NCBI GenBank assembly: GCA_964016885.1
Contig: OZ024754.1
Span: forward strand, 9,548,001-9,612,000
Direction: 5' to 3'
From: Eledone cirrhosa
Lineage: Eukaryota
DNA: 64,000 nucleotides
A program made the translations under genes and the position numbers. The notes below the pieces were generated by a model that saw only the letters and a program-made list of their open reading frames with translations, had not been told where the DNA came from and searched no databases. Positions 51,814-64,000 of this stretch are shown piece after piece (the first letter of the stretch is position 1; the number at the start of each line of letters is the position of its first letter).

Positions 51814-52490
51814 ATATATGTGCTTCTCTTAAAACTTACCTTTTTCTACTCAAGTGTATGTGTGTGTGTGTGTGTTTGCACAATATGTGTATCTGCTTGT
51901 GTGTAAGCATGGGAATGTGTGTATGTGTGTGTGTGTGTGCATATGTGTATTTCTATGATGGCTACATTTGTACATAGATATGTGTATGTATATATGTATA
52001 TGTATGTATATATGTATTTATATGTGTATGTATATATGTATGTATATATGTATTTATGTGTATGTATATGTGTATGTATATGTGTATGTATATGTGTATG
52101 TATATATGTATGTATATATGTATTTATATGTGTATGTATATATGTATTTATATGTGTATTTATATGTGTATGTATATTCGTATGTATATGTGTATTTATA
52201 TGTGTATTTATATGTGTATTTATATGTGTATGTATATATGTATGTATATATGTATTTATATGTGTATGTATATGTGTATGTATATGTGTATGTATATATG
52301 TATCTATATATGTATTTATATGTGTATTTATATGTGTATGTATATATATATGTATATATGTATGTTTATATGTATGTATATGTGTATGTATATATGTATT
52401 TATATGTGTATGTATATGCGTATGTATATATGTATGTATATATGTATCTATATATGTATGTATATGTGTATGTATATATGCAAGCATCTA
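51150..52490. repeat. TA/TG-rich compound microsatellite field
   Basis: Seen directly. Confidence 0.95.
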
Positions 52491-52689
52491 CAAAAAAATA
52501 TACAGCTTGTAATCAAAGGTAAAGTTGGGTTTATAGGTATGTTTGTGATGAAGTCAGCATTTAATACTCAATCTTGTTTGTGTGTGTATGCGTGCATATA
52601 TATGTGTGTGTATCTGTGTGTGTGTAGATATATATATATAGTGTTTGTGAACGAAGATATGCATATATTTATGAGTGTGGATGTGTGAG

Positions 52690-53450
52690 TAATGAACAAT
52701 ATTACACACTCTTCAGTGTGTACTCCCTACACTTCAAGCAGATCCTGTGGAAAAAAAAGAACAAGTTTTACTCTGATCTGCACAGTCTCTTACAGGGCTC
52801 CCCTGTGGTCAACAAGGACACAATCCTTGGCAATTTCAATACCAGAGTGGGCCGAGATTCTGTAACTTCAAAGGGAGGAGTCCTATGGAAATATGGTGTT
52901 GGAACTACAATGACAATGGATGGTTGTTGCTGGAGTTCTGTGTAGAACATCAATTTGTCATCGTGGACACTATCTTCCAGCAGAAGAAGAACAGTTTGAA
53001 AAAAAACCCCTAGATGAAGGCGCATGGCTTAGTGGTTAGAGCATTGGGCTTGCAATCGAAAGGTTGTGAGTTCAATTCTCAGACCGGGTGATGTGTTGTT
53101 TCCTTGAGCAAGACACTTTATTTCACATTGCTCCAGTTTACTCAGCTGCAGAAATGAGATGATAGGGACTGGGGTCCCTATCATTCCACTGCAAAGTGGA
53201 CGTGGAGGTGTCACGGCAAAAAAGGCACCCAGCACTCACTGTAAATGAGGTTGGTGTTAGGAAGGGCATCCAGCTGTAGAAATCAAGCCAGAATCAGTTC
53301 CCGTCCCACCCTTGCAAGCAGGGAAAAGCGGACGTAAAATGAAATGATGATGATGATGATGATGATGATTCATCCTTGTTCCAAACACTGGCACCTCATT
53401 GATTATATCTTAGTGACCCGGTGTGACCTGAAAGATGTCTTGCACACTAG
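52690..53450 (+). mobile_element. RTE AP-endonuclease fragment split by a SINE (53016-53369)
   Basis: SVYSPT..KFYSDL..ILGNFNTRVG..NDNGWLLLEFC; after the SINE, HPCSKHWHLIDYILV. Confidence 0.75.
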
Positions 53451-53562
53451 AGAACCTGCCAGATAGTCCTATACGAGCGAGACACGGTCTCCCGACCAAT
53501 CTTGCCTCAAGTGGGACAATTCCCGTCTTAACCCATGCTAGCGTGGAAGATAGACGTTAAAC

Positions 53563-53607
<45 letters not shown>

Positions 53608-53884
53608 ACACACACATACATGCATATGCATATATCTACATATTAATAAAATCTCAAATATATTATTCATATCTATCATATCTATGAATCTATGAATTTT
53701 CCTGTTTTTATATTTTATATGAATTGACCTGTCGAAATGGCTGGAGCTCACCCATCGGGGTCCTGAATCTTTTCATATATACACACACACACATATATAT
53801 ATATGTAGAAGTTCTATTTAAATTGTTGGGATACAACAAGCAAATATAGTTTCCATTTGTTAATATCGTATATATATATGTATA

Positions 53885-54242
53885 TATATTGTTATACTTT
53901 GGGAGGGTCATGTTGCCAATAAGAAACACATGCACCAGTTGCTTTTACTCCAATTTATTATAAATTAAATTTATAAATTTAAGAATTTATAAATTTCCGG
54001 TTGGATGGTTGGTTCCATAACCGGACGGTTGTTCATATATTGTCAAAGTTCTTTCGTCACACATTCTGTAACCTCTTCAGTGACTGGGGATTCTTTTCTT
54101 TGTTTTTGTGCCTCTCCTTTGTTCTGTCCTACACCATCTTGTTTTTGTGTGTGTTGTGTGCTTAGTTTGCATAACTATATCGGTTTCAACCCACGTTTTC
54201 AGATAAAGAATCTTGCTAAACAGATTCAGAAACGAAATATGT
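53885..54242 (-). mobile_element. Second copy of the 42778-43241 family, with an inverted terminal segment and hammerhead core (54041-54085)
   Basis: 54178-54240 is the reverse complement of 42778-42840; agtca-CTGAAGA...GAAA-gaact-T-tgac. Confidence 0.7.
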
Positions 54243-54565
54243 ATATATATATGTATATATATATTCACATTTATCAGTGATACTTTTTGTATTTATTGGA
54301 GAAGAAAAAATATTGAAGAAATTATTCAATACAGTTCTATATTTGTCTGATTATCTCCCCCTCCTTTCTCTCTCTACTCCCCCCCCCCCTCGCTCTGACT
54401 CCATCTCTATCTCTTTCTCTCACTCATAAAAACACACACACACACACACACACGTTCATACATACATAGATACATTCTCTGTGTGCTGCAGTCTAGCAGT
54501 GTAGCCCCCTCAGGCAACTGTCTTTTATTATAGCTTCAGGTTGACCAATACACACACACACACAC

Positions 54566-54598
<33 letters not shown>

Positions 54599-54914
54599 CC
54601 TATATATATATACATACATACATTTTCTGTGTGCTTCAGACTTGCCGTGTAGCCCCCTCAGGCAACTGTCTTTTATTATAGCTTTAGGTTGACTAATATG
54701 TTAGTGGAATTTGGTAGATAAAAAACTACAGAAGCCCATCATATAAATGTATGTGTGTGTGTGTGTGTCTTTATGTGTGTGTTGAATGAGTGCTTATGTG
54801 CGTGAATGAGTGTGTGTGTGTGTGTGTGAGCAGCCGGTTATGGCCGGTTTGAACAGAAAGAGGTGAGAATTTGGGTTCAATATGGCTGCTTTAAATGCTA
54901 AAGGGTTAATAAAT

Positions 54915-55847
54915 GCATTGTTTCTTTCCAGGGTCTATGTTGAAAAATCAACGTCATTTGGTCATTCCATGAGAGTATCTTGGTCAGCTTATGAAGGAGT
55001 GACGCTAGAGCTGTGAAATCTTGCATGCATTAATTTCAGCTCTTCTTATTAATAACTGCATTGTTTCTTTCCAGAGACTATGTTGAAAAATCAACGTCAT
55101 TTGGTCATTCCATGAGAGTATCTTGGTCAGCTTATGAAGGAGTGACGCTAGAGCTGTGAAATCTTACATGCATTAATTTCAGCTCTTCTTATTAATAACT
55201 GCATTGTTTCTTTCCAGAGACTATGTTGAAAAATCAACGTCATTTGGTCATTCCATGAGAGTATCTTGGTCAGCTTATGAAGGAGTGACGCTAGAGCTGT
55301 GAAATCTTACATGCATTAATTTCAGCTCTTCTTATTAATAACTGCATTGTTTCTTTCCAGAGACTATGTTGAAAAATCAACGTCATTTGGTCATTCCATG
55401 AGAGTATCTTGGTCAGCTTATGAAGGAGTGACGCTAGAGCTGTGAAATCTTACATGCATTAATTTCAGCTCTTCTTATTAATAACTGCATTGTTTCTTTC
55501 CAGAGACTATGTTGAAAAATCAACGTCATTTGGTCATTCCATGAGAGTATCTTGGTCAGCTTATGAAGGAGTGACGCTAGAGCTGTGAAATCTTGCATGC
55601 ATTAATTTCAGCTCTTCTTATTAATAACTGCATTGTTTCTTTCCAGAGACTATGTTGAAAAATCAACGTCATTTGGTCATTCCATGAGAGTATCTTGGTC
55701 AGCTTATGAAGGAGTGACGCTAGAGCTGTGAAATCTTACATGCATTAATTTCAGCTCTTCTTATTAATAACTGCATTGTTTCTTTCCAGAGACTATGTTG
55801 AAAAATCAACGTCATTTGGTCATTCCATGAGAGTATCTTGGTCAGCC
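54915..55847 (+). repeat. 143-bp tandem repeat, 6.5 near-identical units
   Basis: gcattgtttctttccag at 54915, 55058, 55201, 55344, 55487, 55630 and 55773. Confidence 0.95.
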
Positions 55848-56569
55848 TATAAACATTTTAGCTAACCTTCGTATGATCAACTAAATCAAGATGGAACCCC
55901 AGTACAGCTTTAGTCTAGTGACTGAATCCAGTATATATATTAACATAGGCAAGAAAACACACACACAAACACACACCCACACACAGACACACAGACACAC
56001 ACAGACACACACAGACACAGAGACTCACAGACACACACACATATACATATACAGAATGCTGGACCTCCATCAATTCAAATGATGATCAATTGTTTGATCA
56101 AAGGAATATCTGGTTCAAAAAAGTTAATGTACAAAGTGGCTGGGCATTCTACAAACACCTGTACCTTTAATGTAATTCTCAGGGAGATTCAGTATAACAC
56201 AGTGTGTGATAAAGTTTGTTGTTTAATCCTTTAGCATTTAAACTGGCCATATCCGGCCAGAATTCTCTTACCTCTTTCTGTTCAAACCGGCCATAACTGG
56301 CTACTCATACTGATGTTAAGGTATTGTTCTCAAAATAAATAATATCAAAATCTTGTTCTGAGTTCAAATCCTGCCAAGGTTAGTGTTGCTTAACATACTT
56401 ATGGGGTTGATAAAATAAAGTACCAGTAATGCACTGGGATCAATAGAACCCTTTAGCATTTAAACCAACCATAACTAGCCAGAATTCTCTCACCACTTTC
56501 TGTTTAAACCGGCCACAACTGGCCACTCATACTAATGTTAAGGTATTGTTCTCAAAATAAATAATATCT

Positions 56570-56937
56570 GATCAAATATACACCCCCTCCCACTACCCCA
56601 ACTCCCCCACCCCCATCAACACCACCCCTTCCTCTGTAAAGTTATGTTGGTACCACAACATCCAGTCCTAAATAAATGAGGTCGTGTAGGTGTCACGACA
56701 AAAAAAAGCAGCACACAGTCCACGCTGTTACGTGACTGTGTAGGTAACACGGTAAAAACCTCCCAGTCCACAGTGTAAACGTGGTTGGTGTTAGGAAGGG
56801 TATCCAGCCGTAGAAAACCTGCTAGACAGCCCTATAAGAGCGAGATGACCAATCTTACCTCAAGTGGGACAATTCCTGTCTAAACCCATGCTAGCATGGA
56901 AGATAGACGTTAAACGATGATGATGATGATGATGATC
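56570..56937 (+). mobile_element. Older RTE 3' UTR copy inserted in a piggyBac-like MITE
   Basis: Homologous to the reverse complement of 48203-48680; MITE sequence resumes at 56936. Confidence 0.7.
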
Positions 56938-57519
56938 AAAATCTCATAGATTTGATATTATCTATTGTTGGTATTGAAGTGGTCTGTACTGTTGTTGTTG
57001 TTATAGTTGTTGTTAAAGGTGTAACTATAAGAAATACTTATTTATTTTAGTGTTGTTATTGAAGTAGTCTATACTGTTGTTGTTCTTACAGTTGTTGTTA
57101 AAGGTGTAACTATAAGAAATACTTATTTACTTTAGTGTTGTTATTGTTGTTTAGTGTTGTTATTGAAGTAGTCTATACTAGTCCATTCAACTAGCAAAAA
57201 TCGGTTGTACCTGCAATACAATAGTAAATATAAAGTAAGGTAAATGCTAACTGGCTAATTACAGGTACAACCGATTTTTGCTAGTTGAATGGACTGGAGC
57301 AGCATGAAATAAAGTGTCTTGCTCAAGAACAAAAGGCACCACCAGCAATTGAACACACAACCTTAAGATCATGAGCAAAACACCCTAACCACTAAGCCTT
57401 GACTCTCATACATAGACATGTAGTTGGGTAGGTGTCTTATACACAAACATACAAAGGCATACATTTGAATGTTTGTGTATAAGACTCAGACACATCAGCT
57501 CACGCATATACACAAACAG

Positions 57520-60720
<3,201 letters not shown>

Positions 60721-61019
60721 ACATACACGTTTTAGTCCTTAGTGCTTTGAGATGCACAACTAAGTACACATACACACACACGTGTGACTATAGGTTATAG
60801 ATATGTTGTGTGTACGTGTGTGTATTATGTGTGCATGTATATGTGTATGTCTTGGTGTGGCTGTGCGAGATCTACAATGTTTTAGCCTGGGGGTGTTATG
60901 AGAAGTTAATTTTCATTGGATGACTGCTTAGCCAATGTCTGATGATCAATTTATCTATTCTACCAACTGTTTGTTTTCTGAAAGAACATTCTATTATAGC
61001 TATGAGTATTACTTGTGTA

Positions 61020-61345
61020 CTTTAGTGTTGATATTGAAGTGGTTTATACTGTTGTTGTTGTTATAGTTGTTGTTAAAGGTGTAACTATAAGAAATACTTA
61101 TTTATTTTAGTGTTGTTATTGAAGTAGTCTATACTGTTGTTGTTCTTACAGTTATTGTTAAAGGTGTAACTATAAGAAATACTTATTTACTTTAGTGTTG
61201 TTATTGAAGTAGTCTATACTGTTGTTGTCCTTACAGTTGTTGTTATAGTTGTTCATAAAGGTGTCATTATAAGAAGTACTTATTTACTTCAGTGTTGGTA
61301 TTGAAGCAGTCTGTACTGTTGTTGTTGTTGTTGTTGTTACAGTTG
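61020..61345. repeat. ~83-bp GTT-rich tandem repeat
   Basis: agtgttgttattgaagtagtctatactgttg recurs 4 times. Confidence 0.85.
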
Positions 61346-61431
61346 TTGTTATAGTTGTTGTTTTTCATATGTTTATTGCTGAGTGGTTATGTTTAAGTTA
61401 GATGGAGTCTGTGAATATTTATGCTGTGTAC

Positions 61432-64000
61432 TCCTGAGGAGGTTGTAGTATGGTAATATATAGTGTAGTGTAGTGTTGAGCAGGCTGTAGTATGGTAATA
61501 TATAGTGTAGGGTACTGCTGAGCAGGCTGTAGTATAGTAATATATAGTGTAGTGTAGTGTTGAGCAGGCTGTAGTATAGTAATATATAGTGTAGTGTAGT
61601 GTTGAGCAGGTTGTAGTATGGTAATATATAGTGTAGTGTAGTGTTGAGCAGGTTGTAGTATGGTAATATATAGTGTAGTGTTGAGCAGGCTGTAGTATGG
61701 TAATATATAGTGTAGGGTACTGCTGAGCAGGCTGTAGTATAGTAATATATAGTGTAGTGTAGTGTTGAGCAGGCTGTAGTATAGTAATATATAGTGTAGT
61801 GTAGTGTTGAGCAGGTTGTAGTATGGTAATATATAGTGTAGTGTTGAGCAGGCTGTAGTATGGTAATATATAGTGTAGGGTACTGCTGAGCAGGCTGTAG
61901 TATAGTAATATATAGTGTAGTGTAGTGTTGAGCAGGCTGTAGTATGGTAATATATAGTGTAGTGTACTGCTGAGCAGGCTGTAGTATAGTAATATATAGT
62001 GTAGTGTAGTGTTGAGCAGGCTGTAGTATGGTAATATATAGTGTAGGGTAGTGTTGAGCAGGTTGTAGTATGGTAATATATAGTGTAGTGTACTGCTGAG
62101 CAGGCTGTAGTATAGTAATATATAGTGTAGTGTAGTGTTGAGCAGGCTGTAGTATGGTAATATATAGTGTAGGGTAGTGTTGAGCAGGCTGTAGTATGGT
62201 AATATATAGTGTAGGGTAGTGTTGAGCAGGCTGTAGTATGGTAATATATAGTGTAGGGTAATGTTGAGCAGGCTGTATTATGGTAATATATAGTGTAGTG
62301 TACTGCTGAGCAGGTTGTAGTATGGTAATATATAGTGTAGTGTAGTGTAGTGCTGAGCAGGCTGTAGTATGGTAATATATAGTGTAGTGTAGTGTAGTGT
62401 AGTGCTGAGCAGGCTGTAGTATGGTAATATATAGTGTAGTGTAGTGTAGTGCTGAGCAGGCTGTAGTATGGTAATGTGTAGTGTAGTGTAGTGCTGAGCA
62501 GGCTGTAGTATAGTAATATATAGTGTAGTGTAGTGTAGTGTTGAGCAGGCTGTAGTATGGTAATATATAGTGTAGGGTAGTGTTGAGCAGGCTGTAGTAT
62601 AGTAATATATAGTGTAGTGTAGTGTTGAGCAGGCTGTAGTATAGTAATATATAGTGTAGTGTAGTGTTGAGCAGGTTGTAGTATGGTAATATATAGTGTA
62701 GTGTACTGCTGAGCAGGCTGTAGTATAGTAATATATAGTGTAGTGTAGTGTTGAGCAGGCTGTAGTATGGTAATATATAGTGTAGGGTAGTGTTGAGCAG
62801 GCTGTAGTATGGTAATATATAGTGTAGGGTAGTGGACAGCTTAGCAGGCTGTAGTATGGTAATATATAGTGTAGTGTAGTGTTGAGCAGGCTGTAGTATG
62901 GTAATATATAGTGTAGGGTAATGTTGAGCAGGCTGTAGTATGGTAATATATAGTGTAGTGTAGTGTAGTGTAGTGCTGAGCAGGCTGTAGTATGGTAATA
63001 TATAGTGTAGTGTAGTGTAGTGTAGTGCTGAGCAGGCTGTAGTATGGTAATATATAGTGTAGTGTAGTGTAGTGTAGTGCTGAGCAGGCTGTAGTATGGT
63101 AATATATAGTGTAGTGTAGTGTAGTGTAGTGCTGAGCAGGCTGTAGTATGGTAATATATAGTGTAGTGTAGTGTAGTGCTGAGCAGGCTGTAGTATGGTA
63201 ATGTGTAGTGTAGTGTAGTGCTGAGCAGGCTGTAGTATAGTAATATATAGTGTAGTGTAGTGTAGTGTTGAGCAGGCTGTAGTATGGTAATATATAGTGT
63301 AGGGTAGTGTTGAGCAGGCTGTAGTATGGTAATATATAGTGTAGGGTAGTGCTGAGCAGGCTGTAGTACAGTAATATATAGTATAGTGTAGTGCTGAGCA
63401 GGCTGTAGTATGGTAATATATAGTGTAGGGTAGTGCTGAGCAGGCTGTAGTATAGTAATATATAGTGTAGGGTAGTGCTGAGCAGGCTGTAGTACAGTAA
63501 TATATAGTATAGTGTAGTGCTGAGCAGGCTGTAGTATGGTAATATTTAGTGTAGTGTAGTGTTGAGCAGGCTGTAGTATGGTAATATATAGTGTAGTGTA
63601 GTGTTGAGCAGGCTGTAGTATGGTAATATATAGTGTAGGGTAGTGTTGAGCAGGCTGTAGTATGGTAATATATAGTGTAGTGTAGTGTTGAGCAGGCTGT
63701 AGTATGGTAATATATAGTGTAGTGTAGTGTTGTGCAGGCTGTAGTATGGTAATATATAGTGTAGTGTAGTGTTGAGCAGGCTGTAGTATAGTAATATATA
63801 GTGTAGGGTAGCGTTGAGCAGGCTGTAGTATGGTAATATATAGTGTAGGGTAGTGTTGAGCAGGCTGTAGTATGGTAATATATAGTGTAGGGTAGTGTTG
63901 AGCAGGCTGTAGTATGGTAATATATAGTGTAGGGTAGTGTTGAGCAGGCTGTAGTATGGTAATATATAGTATAGTGTAGTGTTGTGCAGGCTGTAGTATG
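61432..64000. repeat. ~42-bp satellite with variable (GTAGT)n, runs off the window end
   Basis: gagcaggctgtagtatggtaatatatagtgtagtgtagtgtt. Confidence 0.97.

Noticed and set aside
54985-55030. CTTATGA...GAAA hammerhead-like motif in the 143-bp unit
   Set aside because: Core mismatch and no pairable stems I or II

Overview
Eukaryotic, AT-rich, repeat-dominated DNA, probably intronic or intergenic. I recognise no host protein-coding gene. The SINE set (tRNA-headed Nin-domain and CORE-domain SINEs, RTE-type (GAT)n tails) and the very long (TA)n/(CA)n tracts suggest an octopod cephalopod; this is inference, not a database match. Coding relics: a young 5'-truncated RTE LINE (48203-50690), other RTE fragments, CRE-like restriction-like-endonuclease (RLE) tails, a Buster-type hAT transposase, two Tc1/mariner elements (one DD37D), and a Penelope-like (PLE) endonuclease C-terminus. 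There are also several MITE families, more than 20 SINE copies, a tRNA-Glu pseudogene and many minisatellites grown from transposon ends. Most notable is a set of short fold-back islands embedded in (TA)n tracts. Several carry minimal type-I hammerhead ribozyme cores (CTGANGA...GAAA...TH with pairable stems). They belong to several sequence families, and one is linked to the PLE coding remnant. Most long ORFs in the supplied track are microsatellite artefacts. Coordinates were read by eye and may be off by a few bases.
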